Below, one piece after another: positions 13,067 to 26,917 of a stretch of DNA of 64,000 nucleotides. The position numbers were made by a program, and so were the translations under genes. The first letter of the stretch is position 1. Each line of letters starts with the position of its first letter. The notes below the pieces were generated by a model. The model had not been told where the DNA came from. It saw only the letters and a list, made by a program, of their open reading frames with translations, and made no database searches. The stretch spans positions 83,142,001 to 83,206,000 of the forward strand of contig OX597819.1 of the NCBI GenBank assembly GCA_951406725.2. The letters run 5' to 3'. The stretch is from Octopus vulgaris. Lineage: Eukaryota.

Positions 13067-14105
13067 CGAGGGACGTTCAATAAGTAATGCCTCTGACCCA
13101 CTTGCCTTTGTTTGATCGTGAATTCAAACATGGTCGGAACTCTGTGGAAACAGCTCCCAGATCTGGTCGCACCCCTTCTGCCATTGATGAGGCATCTGTC
13201 CGTCAAGTTGAGGCTGCCATTTTGGAAGATCGACGCATAACTATTCGCCAAATAGCCCATGAGGTCAAGATTAGTACCGGGTCTGTGGAAGCTATCATTC
13301 ATGACCATTTGCATATGCAAAAGGTGTCTGCCAGATGGATTTCCAGGTTGCTCACACTTTTCCAGAAGCAAGAACGCAAGAATTCCAAAAGCAAGAATTT
13401 AGGGATGTGCCAAGAAGATGAGTCAAAATTTTTCAAAGGACTGATTACACAGGATGAGACCTGGGTCCATCACTATGATCCAGAGACCAAAGCCCAGTCA
13501 ATGCAGCGGAAGCACCATGACTCACCTCCTCCAAAGAAGGCAAGGGTGCAGCCCTCCGCTGGCAAGGTCATGCTCACAGTCTTCTGGGACCAGGACGGAG
13601 TAGTGATGACAGATTTCCTGGCAAAGGGTACCACAATTACAGGAGCCTATCATGTTTCACTTTTGAGGAAATTAAGAGAAGCTATCGAAACCAAGAGGCG
13701 GGGCAAGATCAGCAAAGGCATCCTCCTCCTGCAGGACAACGCTCCGGTCCACAACTCGCGTGTCGCCAGATCAGAAGCACAGGCGTGCGGCTATGAACTC
13801 TTCCCCCACCCCCAACTCTCCTGACCTTGCACCCTCTGATTTTCACCTCTTCCCAGCAATGAAGTTGTTTTTGAAAGGAAAGCGTTTCCCAGATGATGCA
13901 GCCTTGATTTCTGAAGTCACGTCGTGGTTGGAGGACCAAGCTGGGGTCTTCTACGAAAACGGTCTCCAGAACTGCATCAAACGATGGGAGAAATGCGTAC
14001 CTCTGGGTTGTTCCTATGTAGAAAAAGACTAATACCTGTGCCAAGTTTCGTTGCTGTACTGCTATGGGAAGTGGGTAAGGGGCATTACTTATTGAACGCC
14101 CCTCG
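13067..14105 (+). mobile_element. Internally deleted mariner (irritans-like) with both TIRs and TA TSD
   Basis: TIRs cgagggacgttcaataagtaatgcc and ggcattacttattgaacgcccctcg. Catalytic motifs ITQDETW, LQDNAPVH and SPDLAPSDFHLF. N-terminus missing; one frameshift. Confidence 0.92.
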
Positions 14106-14205
14106 TACTTATTAAAATAATGTATATATCTTATATATGTATGCGTGTGTGTGTATATATATATACACACACAGGCCTTATCTAACTTTATCTATCTATC
14201 TATCG

Positions 14206-14242
<37 letters not shown>

Positions 14243-14249
<7 letters not shown>

Positions 14250-15124
14250 ATATTTCGGAATGGTCATATTGCCAGTTTAGCCAATAAAAACACACGCACT
14301 ATATATTTGGTGTTATTTTGCTTCAGTGATATTTATTTTTTACATTAATCTTAATCTTATTTCGGCCAAAGTTCTTTCGTCACACTCCTGTGACCGCATC
14401 AGTGGTCCTTTGTTTTCTTCTCACTTACTTGTGTCTCTCCTTACTAACCGTCAGTCATTTTGTATTTCTATTGTATGTCTTCATTTGCGCATGCTTATAT
14501 CTCTATGTGCGTCTATGTTTATTTAGTGTGTGTGGGGGGGGATGCCTGTAATATTTCTATCTTCTGTTTATATACATTCTTGTAATTTGTATTTTGTTTT
14601 TGTTGTTGTTGCTTTTGTTCGAATTTTGTTCATGTGTTTACATCCACCCATTATTATCATTACATATGCTTGTATGTATGTATAACAACAATATTAGTAA
14701 TAATAATAATAAATCTAATCGAAAAAAAAAAAAAAAACTATATATATATATATACATATATACACACATATATACACATATACATATATATATATACACA
14801 CATACATATATATAGTTATTCATTTCTATTTCTTTAATTATCTGTGTATTTATTATGTTTGCAGGATCCACTATCGTCATATGTTGTGGTGTGTGCTATT
14901 GCTCCATTCTAGTTTTCTATTCAGGCTAGGTTTATTTATAAACCTAGCCTGAATAGAAAAATAGAAAACTAGAATGGAGCAATAGCACACACCACAACAT
15001 ATGACGATAGTGGATCCTGCAAACATAATAAATACACAGATAATTAAAGAAATAGAAATGAATAACTATATATATGTATGTGTGTATATATATATATATA
15101 TGTATATGTGTATATATGTGTGTA

Positions 15125-15171
<47 letters not shown>

Positions 15172-15670
15172 TTTTTTTTGTTTTTTTTCGATTAGATTTA
15201 TTATTATCATTACTAATATTGTTGTTATACATACATACAAGCATATGTAATGATAATAATGGGTGGATGTAAACACATGAACAAAATTCGAACAAAAGCA
15301 ACAACAACAAAAACAAAATACAAATTACAAGAATGTATATAAACAGAAGATAGAAATATTACAGGCATCCCCTCCCCACACACACACTAAATAAACATAG
15401 ACGCACATAGAGATATAAGCATGCGCAAATGAAGACATACAATAGAAATACAAAATGGCTGACGGTTAGTAAGGAGAGACACAAGTAAGTGAGAAGAAAA
15501 CAAAGGACCACTGATGCGGTCACAGGAGTGTGACGAAAGAACTTTGGCCGAAATAAGATTAAGATTAATGTAAAAAATAAATATCACTGAAGCAAAATAA
15601 CACCAAATATATAGTGCGTGTGTTTTTATTGGCTAAACTGGCAATATGACCATTCCGAAATATAACAATA
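14243..15670. repeat. About 1.43-kb near-perfect palindrome (inverted pseudo-LTR-like duplication) in (TA)n
   Basis: Arms of about 700 bp meet at ggtttatttataaacc (about 14929-14944). Mirrored ORFs appear in the ORF track. Confidence 0.93.
15505..15549 (+). ncRNA. Hammerhead-like fold with atypical core (mirror copy about 14363-14410)
   Basis: GGACCA CTGATGCG GTCAC-aggagt-GTGAC GAAA GAAC TT TGGCC. A9 is replaced, and stems I and III are short. Confidence 0.35.
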
Positions 15671-15724
15671 TCTGTTTCAACACACGACTTCACATAAAAA
15701 ATCTTGCACAACAAATATTTAAAC

Positions 15725-15772
<48 letters not shown>

Positions 15773-15773
15773 A

Positions 15774-15849
<76 letters not shown>

Positions 15850-15853
<4 letters not shown>

Positions 15854-16642
15854 AGTTAGATAAGGCCTGTTTATGCGATTACCCTGCGATTCACGTCCAT
15901 AAAGCACTTAGCCCTACAGCGTATCATCAGATCCCAAATTTATTGGTTTATGGCCTCTAGCAAGTGGCTGCTCTAGCGAATGAAGGAGGAAAAAACTTCG
16001 TTATCTATGTCAACAACAGGGGATTTTTCTCCCTTTGGCTGTCAATCGTAAATGATTCCGTTTTCAACACCAGCAGATACAGCATTACCAACACCTCGAC
16101 ACGGAGATACATCGGATGCTCCGGTATCACATTCAAGCAACGCCTCTCCAATCACTATCCTCTTTCAGGGTACCGAAAAGTAGATAAGTTACGTCATTAA
16201 CCAGCCATGAATGGCAACTGAAGGACGACGAAATTCCACACGTAATATCATGAAAATCCAGGCCCTTACATAAACGGGACCAAGAGTTGTAAATAGTGCA
16301 TAGCTGAACCGGCGAGGATACTGAAGGACTCCCTCGATCCGGGAAACATCCTTAACTCCAGCAAGAAGGTCTTCGGACCATGCTTGCACTTTAGGAAATT
16401 ACTGCTGGCCTACTGAGACCCACATAATAACAGGGTCATTTACGATTGACAACCAAAGGGAGACAATCTTCTGTTGTTGACAGAGTAATGAAGTCTTTTT
16501 CTCCTCTGTTTAATTGAGAGGCCACATCCTAGAAAGACCATAAGCCAACGAGTTTGGGTTGTGACGATACGCCGTAAAGCTAAGCGTTTTATGGACGTGA
16601 AACCAAGGGTAATCCCATAAACCGACCTTATCTAACTTTATA
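15850..16642 (+). mobile_element. Penelope-like 3' fragment (GIY-YIG + UTR) with an inverted upstream UTR copy
   Basis: YIGCSGITFKQRLSNH, then C..C and PCLHFRK C-terminal motifs. 15850-16062 is a diverged reverse complement of 16429-16642. Confidence 0.85.
16555..16617 (+). ncRNA. Degenerate hammerhead (partner copy 15874-15936 on the minus strand)
   Basis: Consensus of the two arms is TGGGAT CTGATGA tACG...CGT GAAA CC-aag-GG TA ATCCCA. Confidence 0.65.
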
Positions 16643-16699
16643 TAATATACTGCTCTATAACTTAGAGTGTACTTCTATTTCGGATTTATGCTTTACCTG

Positions 16700-16765
<66 letters not shown>

Positions 16766-17758
16766 ATTACAGATATAGGGTGAAATATAATTAATTTAAT
16801 AAAATCAACAAATTTCACCTATATATATATATACATATGTTATATAAAATCCGTTCTGTCTCTGTGTGTGTGTGTGTCTTCTAGGATCTCGGGCATCCCC
16901 CATCTGATTGCACTCAAATTTGATATGTAGATACCGACGGTATCAGAGCGTCTATAAGTCTTGAAAAAAATTACAAAAATCGATTCCAGGTGAGAATGCG
17001 ATCGATAAATCCGTGGGAACGTGCATTTGTACGCACAAATACATCAGCTGTTGCGATCAATACTACGCGTACGCGAGAAAAATGCACGTGCAGTTTATGC
17101 AAAAAAAAAAGCCGGCTGGCTTGAAATAATACCACAAAATGCAGTATAATTAAGAGACCTAAAAAGTAAGACGCATAAGAGATATTTTCTTCAAACCTGG
17201 CATGAAGGTAGGAAAGACTATTTGGTTTCTCAAGAAGTCTTTTTTTCCCCTTAACTTCGTTTAACAAAACCAAAACGTTTTGTGAAATAAAGGCATGCTT
17301 AATTATTTTTTAATGAAAAGAAAACACTGATTGCTTTTTATCCAGCAGATATGATTCAGTACCGTCCATTGGACGGGAGGCGTTTTGCTCGTGTGTATAT
17401 ATATATATATATATATATTCAGGATTAAATAAAAAGCCAACGAACTGAAAATATGACATACCTATATATATAATTAAAAAAACGTGCAGTAAATAAACAA
17501 TGTTCATGTATAATGAGTGTGTGTGTGTGTGTGTACACACACATATACATGAACATTTAAATGTTTTTACAAAGTTGAACTACAGTCACACACACACATA
17601 TACACACACATACACACACTAACACACAAACACAAGCGTACGGTTAAACATATTTAAATGTTTTCTATTATTGAATATTCCTCAACGGAAGAACTGAAAT
17701 ATGTTGATATTTGTTTTGTTCAATACACGCAATTTTTAAAATTTTTTTGCTCTTGCAG

Positions 17759-17843
17759 ATACCAGTTGCAACGGTATTGAATATTCTAAGTGTACGAATA
17801 CTTTAAAGGAACCGCTAAACAGCACAAGAGATGAGCAATGCGG
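17759..17843 (+). CDS. Gene A internal exon (phase 1 to 2); (D)TSCNGIEYSKCTNTLKEPLNSTRDEQC(G)
   Basis: Bounded by ctcttgcag and GTAAAT. Length 85 nt. Paralogous to 56943-57027 (-). The NST sequon is conserved. Confidence 0.88.
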
Positions 17844-18842
17844 GTAAATATAGAACCATATCCCCCGAAAACATTCAATGTAGTTAATATAACTTTATAA
17901 AAGAGACATTCAGATAAGGACTAGCATGATATCTAGTTTTATTTATACTACTTTTAATATGATTCGTTATATATTGATATTTATGAAATACTGATCATAC
18001 AGACAATGTGCTTTTGAGGAACTGCTTGACGACTTTATCTTCATATCGTGCATCTATCACAACTCTGCTTGGTAACGGTAATCCATTCTTAATTTATATA
18101 TGTAACTCATTAAAGTAATGTTATGCAATGTTTTACTTAAGAGTGGGCTAAATTGTTATATTCAAGGAAGAGATGTGTCTCATATGTTTTCAAGTTTCAG
18201 TTTGCGGAAGGAGATAAAGGGAGAAGAAACTTTACACTGCTAGTATTTGAATCAAGTCATGAGACATTGAATAAGATATTGTAAAGTATAGAGTAAGAAA
18301 CTGTATACCATCCCACAAATGTCAAACACAATTTACTTTTGATAACAGTTGTGGCCAAAAGATTGGAACATAGGTCTAAAAATTAGAATTTTTATATTTA
18401 ATTTGCAATATATTATTACTTGACCAAAAGTTTGGAACAAATGTATGCGAATTAGAATTTTTATATTTAATGCCCAAATATATACTTTGTATATATTTGA
18501 ATCGAATTGTACTTGAACATAACAATTTTAGTTTGTAAAAAAAGTTTCAAAATTTTAAGCTCAACTGTAGTGTTATTTTTATTATTTAAGGTGCCGTGGG
18601 TAGACGAATGGCAAAATCTTTAGAGCATGTAATAAAATGCTTTGCATTAAATGTAACAATTCTTTGCCTTTTGATTTCACGTTTTGCTGAGGTGAACTTT
18701 GCTTTCATCACTCCAAAGGTGATAAATAAAGAACCCGTCAAACACTGTGGTTGACATAATCGTGTAGTCTCCTCCACTCAACTGTGAGATGTTATACCTA
18801 CGTTGGAAGAGATTATTATTATTAATATTATTATTATTATTA

Positions 18843-19152
18843 TTGAGTGAGAGAGCAGTGCATGCCAGCAAAGTGACACTGGAGTAAAATATACGAAGCC
18901 CAGTATACCAATCATGACTACCCGTCCTATAAGGGTACACTAGGCACATGCATCATAACCATATGTGCGCGAAATGGTGATCTCATATCAAGATAAACAG
19001 CACATGACCTTGCAGGTGGGGCCCAGTTAGAATTTTCTTCTGGTCAAGTAACCCATCCCGCTCAAAAGGTCCCTGAATAAGAGTTGTTTAAGAGTTGTTT
19101 AAGGATGTTGAATGAAACATCCATGTTTCCAGAGGTGAATTACCCAAACCCC
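18843..19152 (+). repeat. Interspersed repeat anchored in (TTA)n; second copy at 53290-53722 (-)
   Basis: gagagagcagtgcatgcc..aaagtgacactgg..aaatatacgaagcccag shared in reverse complement with the second copy. Confidence 0.75.
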
Positions 19153-19180
19153 AATTATTATTATTATTATTATTATTATT

Positions 19181-22100
19181 CTATGTTTGAGTTTTGCTTT
19201 ATATTTGTACAAGTTGGCTCCAAGTTTCACCCAGAGACCTCAAGAGACAACAGGTTGGAAGTTCATGTTGTTGTTATGCCTAGTGTGCTATATATTTGGG
19301 GGGGGGGGGAGTTTTTGGTGTTGTACTAATGAATGTCTAAAAAAAAAAAAAATTTTTTTTTTTTCCTTAAAAACCGAAAATTATGTTTGTTTTAAACCTT
19401 GAGATTACATAGAAAGTATTTTGCGTAGGATATGAGCAGTTCCCATGAGCACTATCTTTTGAACTTCTGCCATTTTTGGGTTTCCTGGTATCTGAGTTAG
19501 GTAGCTATCAGCCCCTTTTGCTATCATTCCCAGGGCACCTATGACAACAGGTATCGTTTTAGTCTTCAGCTTCCACATTTTGCTGATTTCTATTTCAAGA
19601 TCTTTATATTTGCTCAGTTTTTGGTAGGTCTTGACAGATACGTTTATATCGATTGGGACAGTCATATCAATGAGGACGCATGTTCTTTGTTTGAAGTCTT
19701 TCAATATGATGTCTGGCCTATTTGCATCTATCTTTCTGTCAGTTTGAATGGTGAAGTTCCAGAGGAGTGAGATGTGGTCATTTTCAAGCACTGGGGGTGG
19801 TTTGTGTTCCCACCAGTTTTTTTCATGGGGCAAATCCAGGTTTTTGCAGATTACCCAGTGAATATATTGTGCAGCTCTAACGTGTCTGTTGAGATACTCT
19901 GTAGGCGCTAGAAGACTGCACTTGGAGACCACATGGTCAATGGTTTCATTTTGTTGCTGGCATACACGACACGTTGGACTGCTTCTGATCTTTAATATGT
20001 TGGCCTGATAGTTTCTTGTTGGTAGGCATTGATCTTGAGCTGCTATGATAAACCCCTCTGTTTCAGATTTTAAGCCAGAGGCCATTAGCCATTGATGGGT
20101 CAGGGCTTTGTCAACATCTGCATTATTCGCTCTCTTTGGGTATTTGCCATAGAGAGGTTTTTCTTGCCATTTATCATTCAGAATATCTAAGGCCGCAGAT
20201 TTAGCACGGGTTTTCATGCGCTTAGCTTTTTCTGTGCCTGTTTCTTGTATGTCTATCTCTAATTCCGAAATTTGTTGTATTCGGAATTCACTTAGATATT
20301 CCTTTGCCTGTTTTGTTACTGAGTATGATGCTTTCTTGTTTTCATGTTTTGAGACAAGTTTTAACATCCAGTCCTCAGACTTTTTCAGGTAGGTGTCTAG
20401 GCCAATTGTAGCAATCTTCATTGTTATTGCCAGTTGTAAAATTCCACGGCCTCCCTCTTTTCTTGGCAGATAAAGTCGTTCTGTATCTGCCTTAGGGTAG
20501 TGCATTCTATGCATTGTCAACAGTTTTCGAATTTTTCTGTCAAGATTACATATTTCAGTAATTGACCAGTTAACGATATTGAAACTGTAAGTCACAACTG
20601 GTATGTACGGCTAATGCATTGATCGCTTCGATCCTGTTTCTCGCATTCAGCTCTGTCTTGAGTATTGCTCTTACTCTGCGATAACATTCCCTCCTGATCC
20701 TTTCCTTCCTCTCTGAATGCCTTATTCCTTCTCCTTCAATTACCCCTAGATACTTGTAGTTCTCTGCTGGATCTAACTCTTTCATGACATTCTGCTGGTC
20801 AAGGTAAACGTTAGATGTTTCTGTCATTTTTCCTTTGATAAAGGTAGCTTTTGCACACTTATCGAGGCCAAATTGCATTCTGATGTCATCACTGAATTGT
20901 TTGACAATCGCTAGTAAGCCCTTGAGTTGTTGGTCATTTTTTGCAAAGAGCTTTAAATCATCCATGTAAATGAGATGATTTATATTTTTATCAAACATTT
21001 TATACCCGTACTGCGCGTCATTGAGCAGTTTTGAGAGAGGTATTAAGGCTAAACAGAAGAGGAGTGTTGATAGTGAGTCTCCCTGGAAAATGCCACATGA
21101 AATTTTTACATCACCAGCATTTAGAGATTCATTGTCACTGTTCAAAGTTAGTGTGGTTCTCCATGATCTCATACTTACAGACAAAATGTTTCGCAGGGCA
21201 GGTGCTATCTTATACATTTCTAGGCATTTCTTAATCCAGCTATGTGGTAGGCTATCAAAAGCCTTTTTATAGTCTATCCAGGCTATTGATAAGTTTTTGT
21301 GTCGTTTGTGACAATCTTCTAAGATCATCTTATTGATGAGTAGTTGATCTTTACAACCGTAGGATCCACGTTTACATCCTTTCTGTTTATTAGGGAATAT
21401 GCTGCTGTCTGTCAAAAAACTATAGGTATATTCCGTCAGGACAGATGTTAGTGTTTTATACATAGTTGTTAAGCAGGTTATGGGTCTATAGTTTTTTGGT
21501 TCATTTGTTTCTTCACTTTTTGGAAGCAGGAATGTTAACCCATTAACTAGCCAAGGAGGCATCCTACTAGGGTGTTGCAAAATATCATTGTAAAGTTGTT
21601 AGTAGTTCATGGCTCTCTGGGAAGGTATTCAACCAAAAGTTAGGGATTTTATCCTTTCCTGGTGACTTCCATTTGCTTGACCTCCTGAGAGCAGATCTTA
21701 TATCTTCTACCTTGACACCCTCCCACTTTTGCTCTTCTAATGAGTCCAGTTCTTTAGATATTCTATCAATCCAGGGGGCCTTTTCGCTGTGTGTTTTTTC
21801 TTCTGCCCAAATTTTATTCCAAAATCCCTGCACTTCTTCTTTTGATGGTACAGACTTTACAGTAACTGTTGTTTTTCCTATCTTCCTGTAAAACTTTTTG
21901 GGATTATTTTTGAACATGTTGTTGTCCCTAAAGAATCTAACACGCTTTTCATACCTCGCTATGCGGGCAGCTTTAGCAGATACCTTTTGCTTGATGGTTT
22001 CTATGGTGGCATCAATATCAAGTATAGTTTTCATATTATATTTTTTCATTAGTTTTGGGGTTTTTGTAGGTTTGGTAGTCTTATGAACCTTAAGGTTTTT

Positions 22101-23270
22101 CAAATATTCAATGTCAGACCTAAATATTTTAATTTGTTGTTGCAAACGCTCTTGCTAAGAAGGCTTTTTGTGGAAATGTTGCCGTTTTCTAATCTTTTCG
22201 CCACATAGGATCGTTGAGATTTTCGCGGATGCATAGTATAGGTGGTTGAGATCTGTGATATCAACATCATTAGCTGAAATTATATCCTTAAGTGCAAACC
22301 GGGTTTTACCAATTATTTTCATGTTTTGGTTAGAGTTGCGGATTTTAGGGAGTATATCACGTTCATCCATACTGGTTTCTTTAATTTTCAGCCATTCAAT
22401 CATGATTTGACTTTTTAGCTCATGTAGTTCTGTCGGGTCAATATTTGTGTGACTTTCTTCATCTATTTGATGTTCATCTGTCTTAGTGTTTATATTTGGT
22501 TCAGGGAGTATTTCACTTTGCCTATCACTTATACTAACTCTTTCAATCCTTACTTCGTTTTTATTAGCTCTGGGCTGGTCTATAATTATTTCCTCTGTAT
22601 TATCTTCTCTAGCTGCAGCTTCGTTCATTCTATCCGTTACTGCTTGTCTAATTTGATCAATCTCTACTTCAGTCAGTAAATTTTTTTTTATAATATTTCT
22701 TCTGACGTTGGCAAGTTTGTTACTGTCTATGTTGGGTCTTACTTCAGGGTATTTCTGTCTCCAGTTTATGTAGGTTTGTATAGTGTTCGATTTATCTGTG
22801 GGGAAATATATGGCGTGGTAGAAGGCCGCAAGAACTTCTTTATTATCTTCCCTAGTCCATTTTTCCTTCTTTTTCTTTTGAGTGTTTGGTGACGAGCATG
22901 GATGGCCATCTGTTGGAATATTCCAGTTGCGGGGTACGTCCAGCTCCTGTGTGTCGGGAAGATTTTATCCAGTAGCTGATTTTTCAATCAGACTTTGGTT
23001 CAATTTTCGTGTACGTGGTCTTTTGTAGTCCGCTCGCCGACCATCGCAGATTGTAGGTTGTTTTGTTGACATTGAAGCATGACGAGCTTCGACTCTTACA
23101 TTAAGAGACGGATCTGTCAGTTTAGGATTCTCTGCACGTAAACATTGTTCGTAGCGCAGCTTCTCAAGGCTAGCAGATCTGTATTCGTCTGTATTTTTTT
23201 TGTTGATAGTTTTATCTCCTGGCATAGTTTTCCCTTCTTCCTGTTATTTATTCATTCACTTTTTTTCCCT
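19181..23270 (-). mobile_element. Near full-length R4/Dong-clade non-LTR retrotransposon (RT + CCHC + restriction-like endonuclease), frameshifted
   Basis: NYRPITCL, IFQGDSLS, YMDDLKLF, CRVC..ETIDHVVSKC and RPDI..LIDMTVP..KLSKY motifs. The 3' end abuts a (TAA)n tract, the known Dong target. Confidence 0.92.
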
Positions 23271-23365
23271 AAACTTATGAAAGGTTCACTCTGCCTGTAT
23301 TAGTTCGAAAAAATGAGAATAAAATACGAGAAAAAAATAATAAATAAATAAATAAATAAGCAAAC

Positions 23366-23533
23366 AGGAGTGGCTGTGTGGTAAGTAGCTTGTTTACCAA
23401 CCCCATGGTTCTGGGTTCAGTCCCACTGCGTGGCATCTTGGGCAAGTGTCCTCTACTATAGCCTCGGGCCGACCAAAGCCTTGTGAGTGGATTTGGTAGA
23501 CGGAAACTGGAAGAAGCCCGTCGTATATATGTA

Positions 23534-23569
<36 letters not shown>

Positions 23570-23830
23570 TGTATGTATGTATGTATGTATGTATGTATGT
23601 ATGTATATGTTTGTGTGTCTGTGTTTGTGTGTCTGTGTTTGTCCCCCCACCATTGCTTGACAACCGATGCTGGTGTTTTTTCCGTCCCCGTCACTTAGCG
23701 GTTCGGCAAAAGAGCCCGATAGAATAAGTACTGAGCTTACAAAAGAATAAGTCCCGGGGTCGAGTTGCTCGATTAAAAAGGCGGTGCTCCAGCATGGCCG
23801 CAGTCAAATGACTGAAACAAGAAAAAGAGT
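23366..23830 (+). mobile_element. tRNA-derived SINE (family 1), full length
   Basis: A-box-like tggctgtgtggt, B-box ggttcagtccc, conserved core, internal microsatellite, and tail ending ctgaaacaag. Confidence 0.85.
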
Positions 23831-24139
23831 AAAAAGATAAAAAAAAAAAGAGTAAACAAACAAAAATAAGAATAATCATCATCACCGTCATCATCATCAC
23901 CATCATCATCATCAATGACATTGTTTTATGTGTAGTCACAGCGGTAGCTTATTATTATTATTATTATTCCCATCACCATCACCGTCGCCACGGTCAAGTG
24001 GTCATGTTCTATAAATAGATTCATCAGATGGTGGGCAAAGGACATTTTGGGTCAGGGAGAGGTCAAACCTGTTTACTAGTACCAGCGTTATCTTGAAAAG
24101 CAATCCAGCTATATATATATACCCATACACATATGTATA

Positions 24140-24360
24140 TGTATATGTATATTCACACACGCATATTTTCCGATATTCACTCGATGATTTTTTTAAAATA
24201 TTTCTGAGTTCAATTGTGTTGCTGCAATAAAAGTTTACGTGTTTACGTGTATATGCATATGTATATTCTTACACGCATATTTTCTGATATTCGATGATTT
24301 TTTTTTTAAATTTCTGAGTTCAATTGTGTTGGTGCAATAAAAGTTTACGTGTTTACGTGT
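24140..24360. repeat. Local tandem duplication, two units of about 115-120 bp
   Basis: acacgcatatttt..ctgagttcaattgtgtt..caataaaagtttacgtgtttacgtgt occurs twice. Confidence 0.8.
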
Positions 24361-24836
24361 TTGGGTAATATATTAAAGTTTTTTTAAGTATTCTTGAGAT
24401 GTCCATTTGGAAAAAAAAAAAGATTTTTGCAAAGGGAAGAATGTTTACATTTTCGAATGCTCAGAAATTTTTCTTTTCCTTTTAAAAGTTATGCTGTGGT
24501 GTACAGTTTTTGTGGTTGTGCAGTGTATATATATTGGCATACGCTTACTTCCATAGTTTTTTTATCGTGCATTTAATTGTGTTGTTACAATAAAAGGTAA
24601 AGAAGGGACGGCAGACTGTTCACACAAAATTGGAGATATTTATGATTCTAAATTCTTTGTTAGGTGTTTGCTTGTATGTGCAAAGCTGTAGATATGTAAG
24701 TTCCTTAGCTTATTTTGAGGGAAATTCAAATTACTCACAGAAAACAGTAGATCTTCCAGTTTTCCGTTGTCACGCTGGGTTGGTCAGAGCAGCGAAAAAA
24801 CACGTCTAGCTTCTATCACGTCCAGCCGCCTTCTCC

Positions 24837-24894
<58 letters not shown>

Positions 24895-24902
24895 CATTAT
24901 TA

Positions 24903-24943
<41 letters not shown>

Positions 24944-24944
<1 letters not shown>

Positions 24945-26917
24945 TATGTTTGACTTTTGCTTTACATTTGCACAAGCTTGCTCCAAGTCTCACCCAGAGA
25001 CCGCAAGAGACAACAAGTTGGAAGTTCGTATTGGTGTTATGCCTAGGGTGCCATATATTTGGTTTTGTACTTAGTGTTGTACTAGTGAATGCCTAAAAAT
25101 CATACGAAAATTATGTTTGTTTTAAAACTTGAGATTACATAGACAGTAGGATATGAGCAGTTCCCATGAGCACTATCTTTTGAATTTCTGCCATTTTGGG
25201 GTTTCCTGGTATCTGAGTTAGGTAGCAATCAGCCCCTTTTGCTATCATTTCTAGGACACCTATGATAACAGGTATTGTTTTAGTCTTCAGGTTCCACATT
25301 TTGCTGATTTCTGTTTCCAGATCTTTATATTTGCTCAGTTTCTGGTAGGTCTTGACAGATACATTTATATCGATTGGGACAGTCACATCAATGAGGAGGC
25401 ATGTTTTTTGTCTGAAGTCTTTTACTAAGATGTCTGGCCTATTCGCATCTACCTTTCTGTCAATTTGAATGGTGAAGTTCCAGAGGAGTGAGATGTGGTC
25501 ATTTTCAAGCACTGGAGGTGGTTTGTGTTCCCACCAGTTTTTATCATGGGGCAAGTTCAGGCTTTTGCAAATTACCCAGTGAATATATTGTGCAGTCTAT
25601 CATACCTGTTGAGATACTCTGTAGGCGCTAGAAGACTGCACTTGGAGACAATATGATCAATGGTTTCCTTTTGTTGTTGACATACACGACATGTTGGGCT
25701 ACTGCTGTTCTTTAATATGTTGGCCTGGTAGTTCCTTGTAGGTAGGCATTGATCTTGAGCTGCTATGATAAATCCTTCTGTTTTAGATTTTAAGCCAGAG
25801 GCCATTAGCCATTGATGGGTCAGGGCTTTGTCAACATCTGCATTATTCGCTCTCTTTGGGTATTTGCCATAGAGAGGTTTTTCTTGCGATTTATCAGTAA
25901 GAATATCTAAGGTAGCAGTTTTAGCACGGGTTTTCATGCGCTTAGCATTGTCTGTGCTTGTTTCTTGTAAGTCTAATTCCGAAATTTGGTGTATTCGGAA
26001 TTCACTTAGATATTCCTTTGCCTGTTTTGTTACTGAGTATGATGCTTTCTTGTTTTCATGTTTTGAGACAAGTTTTAACATCCAGTCCTCAGACTTTTTC
26101 AGGTAGGTGTCTAGGACAATTGTAGCAATCTTCATTGTTATTGCCAGTTGTAAAATTCCACGGCCTCCCTCTTTTCTTGGCAGATAAAGTCGTTCTGTAT
26201 CTGCCTTAGGGTGGTGCATTCAATCCTGTTTCTCGCATTCAGCTCTGTCTTGAGTATTGCTCTTAGTCTGAGATAACATTCTCTCCTGATCCTTTCCTTC
26301 ATCACTGAATGCCTTATTCCTTCTCCTTCAATTACCCCTAGATACTTGTAGCTCTCCGCTGGGTCTAACTCTTTTATGACATTCTGCTGGTCAAGGTAAA
26401 CGTTAGATGTTTCTGTCATTTTTCCTTTGATAAAGGTAGCTTTTGCACACTTATCGAGGCCAAATTGCATTCTGATGTCATCACTGAATCGTTTAACAAT
26501 CGTTAGTAAGCCCTTGAGTTGTTAGTCATTTTTTGCAAAAAGCTTTAAATCATCCATGTAAATGATATGATTTATATTTTTATCCAACATTTTATATCCG
26601 TACTGTGCGTCACTGAGCAATTTTGAGAGAGGTATTAAGGCTAAACAAAAGAGGAGTGGAAAATACCAAATGAAATTTTTACATCACTAGCATTTAGAAA
26701 TTCATCGTCACTGTTCAAAGTTAGTGTGGTTCTCCATGATCTCATACTTACAGACAAAATGTTTCGCAGAGTAGGCGCTATTTTATACATTTCCAGGCAT
26801 TTCTTAATCCAGCTATGTGGTAGGCTATCAAAAGCCTTTTTATTGTCTATCCAGGCTATTGATAAGTTTTTGTGTCGTTTGTGACAATCTTCTAAGATCA
26901 TCTTATTGATGAGTAGC
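24944..26917 (-). mobile_element. 5'-truncated R4/Dong LINE copy with internal deletions
   Basis: Highly similar to 19181-21345. The 3' end sits at a long (TAA)n tract. Confidence 0.92.

Noticed and set aside
13087-14032. SETMAR-like domesticated host gene
   Set aside because: Flanked by TIRs and a TA TSD, frameshifted, N-terminally deleted and without a SET domain. It is an ordinary mariner relic.
16270-16420. Selenocysteine read-through, as reported for some Naiad PLEs
   Set aside because: The in-frame stop in the C..C motif is TAG in a decayed copy. I saw no conserved in-frame TGA at Cys positions and no SECIS.
16840-17300. Possible Helitron/DINE-like non-autonomous element
   Set aside because: The resemblance is only stylistic and the termini could not be defined from this window.
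23366-23440. tRNA gene
   Set aside because: A/B-box-like motifs without a full cloverleaf. It is the head of a multi-copy SINE.
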